From Ginglymostoma cirratum (Eukaryota): DNA of 64,000 nt. The stretch spans positions 2,767,494 to 2,831,493 of the forward strand of contig JAHRHZ010000085.1 in assembly GCA_024137785.1 (NCBI GenBank), in the 5' to 3' direction. The translations under genes were made by a program, and so were the position numbers. Numbering within the stretch: the first letter of the stretch is position 1; each line of letters starts with the position of its first letter. Below the pieces are notes generated by a model. That model searched no databases, was not told the origin of the DNA, and saw only the letters and a program-made list of their open reading frames with translations. Of this stretch, positions 1-11,976 are shown piece after piece.

Positions 1-1430
1 TGCAGGGTTCCCAGGCTGAATATGATTTGCTGTTCCTGCAGCCTTCGGGTGGCATCACTGTGGCATTGCAGGAGGCCAAGGATGGACATGTCATCTGAGG
101 AATGGGAGGGGGAATTGAAATGGTTCGCGACTGGGATGTGCAGTTGTTTGTTCCGAACTGAGCGCAGGTGTTCTGCAAAGCGGTCCCCAAGCCTCCGCTT
201 GGTTTCCCCGATGTAGAGGAAGCCACAACGGGTACAGCGGATGCAGTATACCACATTGGCAGATGTGCAGGTGAACATCTGCCTGATGTGGAAAGTCTTC
301 TTGGGGCCTGGGATTGGGGTGAGGGAGGAGGTGTGGGGGCAGGTGTAGCACTTCCTGCGGTTACAAGGAAAAGTGCCGGGTGTGGTGGGGCTGGAGGGGA
401 GTGTGAAGCGGACAAGGGAGTCGCGGAGGGAGTGGTCCCTCCGGAAGGCAGGTAAGGGTGGGGAGGGAAAAATGTCTTTGGTGGTGGGGTCTGATTGCAG
501 ATGGCGGAAGTGTTGGAGGATGATGCGTTGGATCCAGCGGTTGGTGGGGTGGTACGTGAGGCCGAGGGGGATTCTTTTTTGGTTATTATTGCGGGGACGG
601 GGCGTGAGGGATGTGTTCCGGGAAATGCGGGAGACACGGTCGAGGACGTTCTCGACCACTGTCGGGGGGAAGTTGTGGTCCTTGAAGAATGAGGACATTT
701 GAGATGTGCGGGAGTGGAATGTCTCATCCTGGGAGCAGATGCGCCGGAGGCGAAGGAATTGGGAATAGGGGATGGCATTTTTGCAGGAGGGTGGGTGGGA
801 GGAGGTGTATTCCAGGTAGCTGTGGGAGTCAGTGGGCTTGAAATGGACATCTGTTTCTAGGTGGTTGCCCGAAATGGAGACAGAGAGGTCCAGGAAGGAG
901 AGAGAAGTGTTGGAGATGGTCCAGGTGAACTTCAGGTTGGGGTGGAAGGTGTTAATGAAGTGGATGAACTGTTTGAGCTCCTCGTGGGAGCACGAGGCGG
1001 CGCCGATGCAATCATCAATGTAACGGAGGAAGAGGTGGGGTTTAGGGCCACTGTAGGTACGGAAGAGGGATTGTTCCACATAACCTACAAAGAGGCAGGC
1101 ATAGCTTGGGCCCATGCGGGTACCCATGGCCACCCCCTTTGTCTGTAGGAAGTGGGAGGAATTGAAAGAAAAGTTGTTGAGGGTGAGGACGAGTTCGGCT
1201 AGGCGGATGAGGGTGTCGGTGGAGGGGGATTGGTCCGTTCTGCGGGACAGGAAGAAGCGGAGGGCCTTTTGGCCATCAGCATGGGGAATACAGGTGTATA
1301 GGGACTGGACGTCCATTGTAAAAATGAGGTGTTGGGGACTGGGGAATTGGAAGTTCTGGAGGAGGTGGAGGGCGTGGGTGGTGTCACGGACGTAGGAAGG
1401 GAGTTCCTGGACCAAGGGGTGAAAATGGAG
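1..1430 (-). mobile_element. Penelope-like element (RT + GIY-YIG), 5'-truncated, runs off the window start
   Basis: Near-identical reverse complement of the 29016-30545 ORF region (MGPSYACLF, FLRYIDD, VYCIRC..LYIGET). Confidence 0.92.
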
Positions 1431-2863
1431 AATTCAACAGTCTATTGTGACAGAATTGTCAGCAGGAATCAACAGGGGAATGAAATGGGGAACTTTGATG
1501 GAGGAATGTCCAGGAAAGTTGGCAGAAAGAGAGAGAGCTGGACCATCAGTAGCCCAGAGAATTTGAAGGACATGAAGTTCGAAAGCACAAAGTGTCTGAA
1601 ATAAACATTGCGGGAGCAACGAACCGAAAAGTAAATTGAGGGGAATGAGGTTGCGTGGGAACAGAAAACTGTGAGAGAACAATGATCGAAATAAAGTTTG
1701 CAAAGCATCACAGAACCTTTGTTTAGCCAGAGGTAGCAAGAAATATATTTACAAACAGGTTGCCCAGATAAAATGCTTTTTTTAATGCTGGAGGAAATAG
1801 GGATTGCAGAAGCTGAAGCTCTATATTTTTAAGTGGGTCACTTGTGCGCTCCAAGGCTTCTATTTAATTTCGAGACAGAAAGAGAAATTGCCGCAAAAGC
1901 TCAGCAGCTCTGGCAGCCTTTGTGGAGCGAAGTCAGAGTTAACTTTTCGGGTTGAGTCGCCCTTCCCGACAACCGAATTCTGCTTCCAGACCTGCTGAGC
2001 TTTTCCAGCAGGTTTTCTCTTTGATTTACATTATTCACAGTTCTTTCGATTTTTATTTTTTTTAAATTTCACCCTTGTTTAAACAGATAGAGAAGGCCTT
2101 GGCTTGAACAGGGATCGAGCCTTGCATCGGGTTGCAGAATGAGATTTCACATATTAATGAGAAGAAATGCATGTCACTTGTGACAGAAACGTGTGTCTAA
2201 ATAACTTGGAAGCAGAGCCTGAGTTCAGCAATAACTCAGCGAACTTAGGTTGTAAGCAACCAGATCGATATGGGATACAACAGAAAGTGCTCACAAAACC
2301 CAGCAAGTCGGGCAACATCTGTGGACAGAGAATCAGAGTTAATGTTTTCCGTCTCAGACCTTACACGCATGTGCCACAGACATGTCGAACTGGAAGAATT
2401 AGCTGTTAAATAATCCGAAAGAACGGGGGAAAGATCTATGCACTGAGATAAACGACACATACAGAAAACAAACAGAACATACGTACACGAGACTAGTACA
2501 GGCAGATACAATTAAATCAAGCACAAAACTACACACATATAAAAGCATGTTGTGGAGAACGCACATAAAATGTACACAAACAAGTGGCATATTAATCAAA
2601 GCAAACATGAAGTACTAGCTTGGAAATTCACTGAAATAATAGCTTTAGTAAATCCGGAACACCATCACCCAAACACCATCAGGACTATCACTCAGCTAAC
2701 GGCAGCACTGCAACCAATTCAGCGCTCACTGAGCAGGATCATCACAAGCGAGCCACAGACACTGAAATCATCGAAATCGCCAGAAAGCTGTGACCCAGCC
2801 TCCAGCAGTACCATCACATCTTCCCGAGCAGGATCATCATATAACTAGTAGTGGCTTCAGTTT

Positions 2864-3009
2864 TAAAGATAAAAGGTACTGCAGATGCTGGAGAATCCGA
2901 GATAACAAGCATGGGGCTGAATGAACACAGCAGGTCAGGCAGCATCAGTTTTCCTGCTCCTATGATGCTGCCTGACCTGCTGTGTTCATCCAGCCCCATG
3001 CTTGTTCTC
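2864..3009. mobile_element. Palindromic Penelope-derived mini-element
   Basis: Two inverted copies of the PLE 3' end; TSD GTGGCTTCAGTTT at 2851-2863 and 3010-3022. Confidence 0.85.
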
Positions 3010-4585
3010 GTGGCTTCAGTTTGTTGCTCACGGGATCATCCAGTAATCAGCCGCATTATTCCTTCATAATAAACACTGACAACTTTTTTTGCAGCAGTGC
3101 CCGGGTTTGTGAAACACAGAGATAAAGGATTAACCAGTCACCGCCAGCCACATTAATATATCACCAGCCTTACCCAGTCAGAAGCTGAAAACCATCAGCT
3201 ACAGCGTAGATTGATGTAAAGTGCTCACAGCGATGGAAGGTTCAAAAATTGGGGAGCACTGCTTTTATGGCGAAGAGCATAAAATTGAACAGTGACACGG
3301 TGAGCAGTATGTTTTAGACAGCGAGTGTTCAGGGTGGAGAATGAGCTATTTCACGTCTGCTGGGAAAACAGAATCGAGACCTTCCAAACAGAATGTGTTA
3401 ATTGCCTGGAGAGAAAACCATGCAGCACCAGAAATGGAACTCATTACCGCAAAGGGCTGTGGAGGCCAAGTCATTGAGTGTATTTTAGACAGAGATAGAT
3501 AGGTTCGTTTTTGGTGATGAGATTGTGGGAAACGGGGAGAAGGCGGGAGAATCGGGTAGAGAAACACATCAGCCTTGTTCGAACAGCAGAGCAGTCTCGA
3601 CGGACCGAATGGCCTAATTCTGCTCCAATGTCTTCTGGTCTTTAGTGGAAAAGGGACCCATGGAGTCACTCCTGCGGAGAGTCAGTGCTTCCATGTGAGC
3701 TGTAATAAATCCATCATTATTTCATTATTATATGTTACAATCAGCAACAACCAGCCTCGGGTGGTAACACACAGGCATCAGCACTGGCGCCCAGTCATTA
3801 ACATCAGCTTCACCCAGTCTTCAGCACTGGCACCGTCCAGTCACAAGTGGCACTATGAATTCAATAGAAGCGAGACAATCAATAAAATACCAGAGTTCGG
3901 TTTACAGCTGAAAGCATCGCGGTTTAAAGAAGCAGACAGCAATGAACACATTTACACGCTCTTCATCACTGCAGCCCGAGGTCTGCCTCCCACGCATCAA
4001 CAGCACATTGTACATTCACACCTAAACTTCAATTACACTCATTATCACCCAGTCGCGATCACGACTAGCAAGCCCTCAGCCACATTCTGCTACCGCCAGG
4101 AGCATTAACGACCGATCAGCAGTAAATCTGAAATACCACAGACAGCAGCCATTCGCCAGTAAAATAAAACCTGTAATCATGAAGAGCATTTAGCTTCCAA
4201 CAGAAACACAAGGACACCGGCAGTATCCAGCATTTACTGGAATCGTATCACCCAGTGCTCAGCACCAAAATGATTCAGCAGCATCAGACTCCAGCAGCAA
4301 AAAAAGTCACCGAGTATAATTATCTAGTCTCCACCTGCATCACTTAGTCATTGGAGAAAATCCCAATCACCAACTTTACAAACATCAGCAACAGCAAAGC
4401 CCAATTAGGAACAACATCAAGCCACTCGCCAACAACATTGCCCAGTCGCTAACAACTAAATGCATTCATGGGTAAGACCATTTATCTGTCAGAAAAATCA
4501 ACAATACTTAGTCACTGGCAATCAGATCATCCGCTCATGGGCAGCATCTCCCAGTCACCTGCAAAGCGATCCAATGTGCAGTTAC

Positions 4586-4800
4586 CGAGATAACAAGCAT
4601 GGGGCTGGATGAACACAGCAGGTCAAGCAGCATCATAGATTGCTTTGGGACACCAAAGCAAGGCCGGTGCCCTGAAGGGTTTAGGCCCGAAACGTCAACT
4701 TTTCCTGCTCCGATCATGTTGCTTGACCGGCTGTGTTCATCCAGCCCCGTGCTTGTTATCTCGGATTCTCCAGCATCTGCAGTACCTTTTATCTCTGATA
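4586..4800. mobile_element. Palindromic Penelope-derived mini-element with filler DNA
   Basis: TSD CAATGTGCAGTTAC at 4572-4585 and 4801-4814. Confidence 0.85.
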
Positions 4801-5494
4801 CAATGTGCAGTTACACTGTGTTGTCACTAACAACGTGACCCTGTCACCTTCCCTCATCCACTGGACATTGACGATCGTTATTCCATCAAACTGTTTTCTG
4901 GTGATTGTTCTTTGAGAAACCTATTGCCTAATTTGGATTGAGGCTTAATTCTGTTTTTTTTATCAGTCTGACTGGTATCCTAATCGGTTGTGATTCGGAA
5001 AGGTCGAAATTTGTTACATGACAGACAAATTATTCCAGACTCGTATGTAATAACCTTGATGTAACTTTTCAAAGTAATACTGTAAGAACAACCTGTCCTT
5101 ATGTTCTCACACAGTTGTGTTTCCGTTTTATTGTCGCAGTTCTCTCATGCTATACATTGCGGGCAAACACAACACCGCTCTCACCACACATGCACGAAAA
5201 GTACCAGTAACAAGATCATCGAGTTTGCAGTTAATCAATTCGGAAATTATCACGTGATGCAAAATGTTCCATAATCTCTTGAAGAGCAGCAATATGTGAG
5301 GTGTATTTAACTCCCACGCTGAGTTCATATGTCAGATGTAAAAGTAAAAACACCAGTCTGTCGAGGGTGAGGCTTCATTCACTTTGTCAAACACTCTGTC
5401 GCAACCTGCTCATTGCCACATTACCTCCAAGGGTCCTGTGCACTTCTCAATAATATTTGTCCTAATTTACAGTGAACTGATTGAGTTTGCCGAA

Positions 5495-5546
5495 ATGGGA
5501 GTTTTGAATGTTCTGTGGTCTATCTCAACCCTCGGCATTTACACAG
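5495..5546 (+). CDS. Gene A exon 1: leader peptide of VJ-C1 IgSF receptor
   Basis: ATG at 5495; MGVLNVLWSISTLGIYT-G is hydrophobic and signal-like; phase-1 donor G|GTATAT at 5547. Confidence 0.85.
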
Positions 5547-5729
5547 GTATATGTACTGACAGAGGTCGAATAAATTTTAAGAGGCATTGGAATTGTGTAC
5601 ACATTACTTTGTTCAATACGTGTGTTGCTTTTTTTAACAAAATTTTTTTATCGTTATATTCTTTGACACATTGTTCTCTCACTAACAGTCTTGCGAATCA
5701 TTGTCTGCTCATGTGCTTGTTTCTCACAG

Positions 5730-6050
5730 TCGCTGATGGGAGCTCTCTCCAGATGGGTCAGTCCCCCACCCGTTTGACTGCGGTGAAAGGTACAAATGTG
5801 TCCATGAATTGCACTTACACACTTTTCGATCCCAAAGCAATCCTGGATGTTTCCTGGTCGAGACGAAACCAGAACAGGACATTAGAAGTGACAGCAGACA
5901 ACAGGAAAGTTGTGATATCTTTGAAGCAAGCAGCTACCGAGTTACACCTGTTGGATGTGGATTTTCAGGACAGCGGAGTATATTATTGCAGCGCGAGAGA
6001 CAGGAAACAGAAAATTTCTTCTCGGAATGGGACTGAGGTTATCGTGCACG
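5730..6050 (+). CDS. Gene A exon 2: V-set Ig domain with in-exon J-like G strand (VJ)
   Basis: Acceptor ttctcacag|; Q-S-P start, B-strand Cys (VSMNC), C-strand Trp (VSWSR), L-x-L-x-x-V-x-x-x-DSGVYYC, ends RNGTEVIVH; phase-1 donor G|GTGAGT. Confidence 0.93.
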
Positions 6051-7639
6051 GTGAGTGATGTAAAGGGCTCGGGCAGGATTATGCAGGTGTATTTGGAGAA
6101 TGTTCAACAGACGAGCAGAGAAGTATTGCTTATGTGTTTCGAGCTGTGCTTCTCATTTTCTACGCTTTGCAGCAATCGCTGTCTTTTCGCACAGGCGCAT
6201 TGTTTAAAGCCTGCAGAAATCAGTAAATAAGGCTTTAGGCAATCATTAATATCATTTCAGTGTAAAGAACCGAAAGAACTGCGGGTGTTGGAAATCAGAA
6301 ATAAAAGCAGAAAACTCAGCAGGCCTGGCAGCAACTGTGGAGAGGAATAAGAGTTATTGCTTCGGATCTAGTTCTGTTTCTGTTTACCATTTAACTGTAT
6401 TTCAGTTATCTCTATTGCTGTTCCGACATTGAGTCACTAGTTTAGATAGCGTTCATTGTTAATCCGATTTCTCTTTGAATAAGTGGCAGAGGGAAATATT
6501 CTTGAATTGCCGTTGAGTATCGTTAATGCGTTAAGATCGTACTGTAATGGATAACTGAAAAGTTGTTTCTTCAGCGATAATGAAGATTTTTTTTTAATGT
6601 CCAGTGATAATTCTCAATGCTTTGAGTAACGATATTTGTCTTTAGCTTCGTTCTGTACAGTCACCCCTCAACACGAGACTCAGCTCCTGATCCAAATTCT
6701 CCAGAATGCGGAATCAATTGCTCATATTTAACCAGTCAAGTCTTTTCTGAATATTATATTTTTCAATGAGATCAGCTCTGATCGCTCCAAACTCCAAATA
6801 ACATCGACGAAAAATACACATCCCCTAAATACAGGACAATTCGGTAACAGCAGCGACAAATAATGTTAATCTTCGTTGCTCTTCCTCCAATTCAAATACA
6901 AACTCTCTCAAATATGGAGACCAAACTGCAGATAGCATTCTCAGAGTGGTTTAACCAAAGCACTGTGAAATTGCCCAAAGACTTATTTCTAACTTTGTAG
7001 TTCCTGTCCCCTTGCACTAACAAACGTTCAGTTTTCCTTCTTAATTGCCTGTCCCTCCTGCATTCTGACCTTCCAAGCTTCTTGTAGGATAGCACACAAA
7101 TGCCACTGAGCATCCAAAGAGTTTTGCACATTTCAAAAATATCCTGTTTAACTATTCATTTCCCAAAGTGCACAACATCATACTTTATATTTAACCCGCA
7201 AGCCTCTTCCCCATGTCCCTAGCCTTGCGATGCATCTTACTCACAGCTTTATTTTGTTATTTTGTTTGTTTATTCTTTGGATGTGTTCATCTATGGATAT
7301 GTCAACATTTTTTGCCCACATTTACTTTACTTTCACTGATTAACTCACACAGCAGTTAATGGACCACCTTGTTGCTGACAGGAACGGCTCATATTCTGGC
7401 TAGGTTGGATAAATTAGGCAGAATTCTTCCTGAAGGAAAGCATTTGAGCCAGAGGGGTTTTGACAACAATTGATGATGGTTGGCATTGTCACAGTAATTG
7501 TGATTTGAATTCATTAAATATTGAAAGAATAATCATTGAAGAACTCAATCAAAATTAGTAATAAATTTCCACCAGTGCTAGGATTTGGATCCATATTCAC
7601 AGGACATTAATGTGCGACTCTGGATTACTGAGAAGGATA

Positions 7640-8935
7640 AGTGATACGATCAGATAATACATTATTGCATGGTACAGGGGGAGGTATTCATTCGCACACA
7701 TGGAGGAGTCATTCGGGATAACAAATCAGAGTAAATTGATAATTTGTGGACTAGCGAATTGCAGCTAGTGTCATAGATGAGTGCCGATACTCAAATACTT
7801 CTAAATTGCAATAATATATGACTGGAGAGGTGTGTGAGGGGAAGAGGTTCAGATTCCCAGCACATTGGGAACAAATCTGGGAGAGTTGGGACCTGCAGAC
7901 TTGAGAGTGGGAGTATGAACTGCACAGGTTTAACTGGGCAGGTATTGAACTGATGTCCGAAGGGATGTATTAGTCAGTGCGGTGGGAGCATTTAAACTAA
8001 AATGGCTGGGCCTTAGGAGGTACCCAGGGAGATAGAAGAGATGAAACCAAGGGGGGGGGGAAAACAGAAAAAATGGGGATTAAGAAAGAGATAGGTGCAG
8101 AATTCAAGTGTAATAATCAATCAGGACCACATTGCAAAAATAATGTGAACAGGTCAGATTCTTAAACAGTCAAGCCTTGACGACTTATTTCTTAATGGAC
8201 ATAGATTCACAATAAAGTGGATAAACGAGTAATGCAACTAGATATAAAATGCATACCATATAGGTAGGATTACAAGACTTGGCTCAAATTGATGACGAAT
8301 GGGAATTGAATATCCAGAGTGTTCAGTTTTTAGGAAGACAGATAGATAGGTAAACGAGGTTGTGTAACATTGCTGGTTAAGGAGGGCAGTAATACAATAG
8401 TGAGGCAGGATATTAGCTCACATAAAATAGAATCTGTATGGATAGAACTTAGAAAGACCAAGTGGTATAAAATGAGAGTGGGGTATGTTGAAAGATCACC
8501 AATCTGCTGGCATAATATTAGGGAAAGCATTTAACAGGAAATTAGAAATGCAAGAAATGGAAGGGCTGCCGTAATTAAGGTGGCATTCGTCTGCATATAG
8601 GTTGGGTAAATCAAGTCAATAATAATATCATAGAGGCAAAATTCCTGGAGTGTGTATGGCATGGTTTTCTGGATCAGTGCATTGCAGAACCATTGACAAA
8701 ACAGGCCATCCTTAACTGGGTAATGAAAATGGGATAATTGGTAATTTGGCTGTGCAAGATCCCTTGGGAAAGAGTGACCATGGTTTGACAAAATTGCTCA
8801 TTAAGTTAGACAGTGACATTGTTGCCTCTGAGACTGGAGTTCTGAAATTAAATAAAGGAAAATGTGCAGCATGTGATGGCTGTGATGAATTAGGGAGTGT
8901 TAGTTAAAGAGATGATTGTGTAAAAGTAAAGAGAA
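7640..8935 (+). mobile_element. Degenerate CR1-type LINE fragment (ORF1 end / APE region)
   Basis: Decayed APE-like motifs (e.g. GAATCTGTATGGATAGAACTTAGAAA, CCCTTGGGAAAGAGTGACCAT). Confidence 0.6.
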
Positions 8936-8946
8936 ACATGTCAAAA

Positions 8947-9434
8947 GTGGCTTTAAGAGGTGTGTTTTATCCTGGTTTCTTCCAGATAGAGAGAGAAGTG
9001 TGGGGAACAGGCGACGAGCAGTCTTTGAGAAGATAAACAATTTGTGAAGTCTTTGGTGTCTTTTTTTTTTAGAAAGGCTGGAACCATAGAAGCAGGCTGA
9101 ATGGGTTTGGTCAAGTTCCCACCCACAAAACCAGGGATTTTTAGTTCTTAATTTTCAGCAGAAATTGCTGTTTAATTCTTGAACAAGTGGAAGCTATTTT
9201 TCCCTGTGTCGATTTCAGACTAAAGCCGACAGATCTGAAAACTAAAAACTAAAAATCCCTGGTTCTGTGGGTGGAAACTTGACCAAACTCATTCAGTCTG
9301 CTTCTCTTGTTCCAGATTTTCAAAAAAAAGCACCCAAGGCTTCACAAGTTGTTTATCTTTTCACAGACTGTGGCACCTGTCTCCGACAGTCTCTCTATAA
9401 AAGAACCCAGGAAAAAGCACACTTCTTAAAGCCA
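8947..9434. repeat. Fold-back inverted repeat, arms about 210 bp, spacer about 75 bp
   Basis: GTGGCTTTAAGAGGTGTG...ACCAGGGATTTTTAGTT mirrored by AACTAAAAATCCCTGGT...CACACTTCTTAAAGCCA. Confidence 0.85.
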
Positions 9435-9479
9435 TAGCATTGTCGTAATAGTAACAGGAAACTGGCTTATTGGAGGATG

Positions 9480-9703
9480 GCAACAGAAATTGCTGGAAAA
9501 ACTCAACAGGTCTGGCAGCATCTGGGAGACAAAGCAGAATTAAAGCTTTGGATTCAGTGATCCTTCTGAAGAATGGTCTGAAGAAGTGCCACTGGAGCTG
9601 AAACATTAATTCTGCTTTGTCTCCACATATGTGGCCAGACCGGCTGACATTTGCCAGAAATTTCTGTTTTTGTTTCTGATTTCCAGGGTCTGCAGTTCTT
9701 TGA
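9480..9703. mobile_element. Family-2 palindromic PLE mini-element (further copies near 1876-2050, 2280-2360, 6265-6370, 43800-43900, 45165-45265, 45510-45660, 50105-50230, 51672-51775)
   Basis: Shared AAATTGCTGGAAAA.CTCAGCAGGTCTGGCAGCATCTGTGGAGAG and its reverse complement; matches the end of the 32447-34040 PLE. Confidence 0.8.
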
Positions 9704-10685
9704 TTCATGATTACAGGATAGGTCTGGGTCATACTGTTTTTAGATACCAGCTGTTAAAGAACAGTTGCAAATGAATAAAACAAGTTACCAGCATTGATCT
9801 GCCAGTGCATTGCAACACTGGAGAATTTGGGCATCCCAGAAAGGCAGAGGACAGAATTATTCAGCCTAGGGCTGAGAAGTAAGACTGATACTATTAATCT
9901 GTTCGATGCATTCTATAGACCGCAAACCAGGAGGAACAAAATCAGAAAACAAATTGAAAGCATAAATTATAAAGAACTGCAAGAATTATGAGTTAGTTGT
10001 AAAGAGGCTCTTTAAATTTCCAAGCACAGACCAGTATATTAACAGTGTTAAATGCAAGAGTTGTGGAGAGTTTCAATATCGGTATATTTTCAGACCAATA
10101 AGGAAAGAGTCACTGCTGGATCCAGTGCTGAGAAATAATTTGGTTCAACGGGATATACATCTACAGGGAGATAATTCGGACAAATATCTGTGATATTTGA
10201 AGGTTTACATTGCCTCTGGGAATGTAAAAAACAAATTAAGAGTAAAAGTGAAGTTTCTTTTTAATTCATTTGTGGGATGGTGGGTGTCGCTGGCTGGCCA
10301 GCACTTATTGCCCATCCCTAGTTGCTGTTGAGAAGGTTGGAGTTGGAGAACAGCCAAATGCTACCTAATGGGTCTGAGCAAGATAATTGGCATTGCACAT
10401 GGCCAGGCAAAACTGCAAATGAACAATAAATAGCTTTTAATGAATTAGAATTGGGTTTTATTGTCACATGCACTCAAGGGATACAGGAGTGCAGTGAGAA
10501 GTTTACAATGTCACCATTAATGGTGCCATCTTAGGTATAAGGTACGTTGGTACAAAATCTTAGATAAAGAGTAGAAAAATAAAGTTAAAAGTTCAACATC
10601 ACTGTTCTTGTCAAGAAACAAAGTGAAAAGGTTCAAACCGCAGTTCTTCTCTGGCCATGGGCCTGCACAGGTTTTTACCATGAGC

Positions 10686-10870
10686 ATCATAGGACCAGGA
10701 AAACTTGACGTTTTGGGCCTAAACCCTTCATCAGAAATGATTTCTGATGAAGGGTTTAGGCCCGAAACGTCAAGTTTTCCTGCTCCTATGATGCTGCTTG
10801 ACCTGCTGTGTTCATCCAGCCCCATGCTTGTTATCTCGGATTCTCCAGCATCTGCAGTACCTTTTGTCTC
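10686..10870. mobile_element. Palindromic Penelope-derived mini-element in gene A intron 2
   Basis: TSD TTTTTACCATGAGC at 10672-10685 and 10871-10884; arms meet at ...TCATCAGAAAT-G-ATTTCTGATGA... Confidence 0.88.
10740..10775 (+). ncRNA. Minimal type I hammerhead ribozyme motif
   Basis: ATTT-CTGATGA-A-GGGT(ttag)GCCC-GAAA-C-GTC-AAGT: CUGANGA and GAAA cores, stem II, GUC cleavage triplet, stem I ATTT/AAGT. Confidence 0.8.
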
Positions 10871-11700
10871 TTTTTACCATGAGCGCTCGGTATTTCTCAC
10901 ACGCTTGGTTCAATCTTTCTCCCTGGGCTTGATCTCTCCCCTCCATTGGGCTCGATCTGTCAATCCCTGAGCCTCAAGGCTGCCATCTCGCCATCGACCG
11001 CCTTTCACTGTCTCCTGCGTTAGACTCAATCTCTTGACTTCTCAATTCCTGTGCTCCACGAACATATTTCAGGTCGAGTGAAGTTGCATTCCACAAATAG
11101 GTAAGGAGAAATAAACGCTGGAATGCCTTGGATAAAGGAAAACATAGAGGGTAATTTGAAGCTGAAAGGGTGTGAGGGTCTCCAGATGTCGGTTGGACAA
11201 TGCAATTGAGAATCTGCCTGATGAGAGGAGTCTCAGATATCGGAAGTAAAAGAAAGAAAAATCTGAGAATCAAAGAGAAAATATCAGCATAAGATGGCAG
11301 GTAACAGAGAAAATAATCCCAACAGGTTGTATGGGTACGTGAATTGTAAAATTCGGATAAAATGATGATTGAAATTGCTTCGAGCCTGAAAAGGGAAGAC
11401 AGGCACAGACACTTTTTGAAAGTCTGAGGAGTTAATTGGATACATTGTATCAGCCTTTAATGACAAAGAAGATTCAGTCCAATTTGCAATTCCAGTGCAG
11501 GGAGCTTGGAATATGATTTAGAATTGCAGGAAGAAAGATATCAGAACTCTTGGTTGTATTTAAAATTAATAAATGTCCGAAAACAAATGAGGAGCTGTGT
11601 CACAAGACCTAATTGTGAAACTTTGTAGGTGATCTTCTTTACTTTTCTTGTATAACATGTGAGAAACAATTTTAACAAGTTTCCATTAATTAAATCCCAG

Positions 11701-11976
11701 TGCCACCAACTCCTGTGAAGATTACTCATCAGTCCCATTCCACACTGCTCTGTGCAACAGCTGGATTCTTTCCAAAGGAGGTTAACATCACGTGGTATGA
11801 AAATAATATGGAAATTACAGCTGGGTTCAACACAACTATAAAATGGAACAAGGAAGGGTTATATCAAATTTCCAGTTACCTCAGCCCTGTGCAGAATGCA
11901 GTGATGTATACCTGTGAAGTTTCTCATGTTTCTCTCAATGTGCCAGCCAATGACAGCTACATGTTTCTTGATCAGG
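11701..11976 (+). CDS. Gene A exon 3: C1-set Ig domain
   Basis: Acceptor tcccag|; LLCATAGFFPKEVNITW...GLYQISSYL...YTCEVSHVSL are C1-set hallmarks; phase-1 donor G|GTAAGA. Confidence 0.93.

Noticed and set aside
5384-6058. 224-aa single-exon protein
   Set aside because: It is leader exon + open intron + V exon with canonical splice sites.
5730-6100. Rearranging Ig/TCR V segment
   Set aside because: The G strand and a splice donor are in the same exon; no heptamer-spacer-nonamer follows the YYC; tail has ITIMs. Same for genes B and C.
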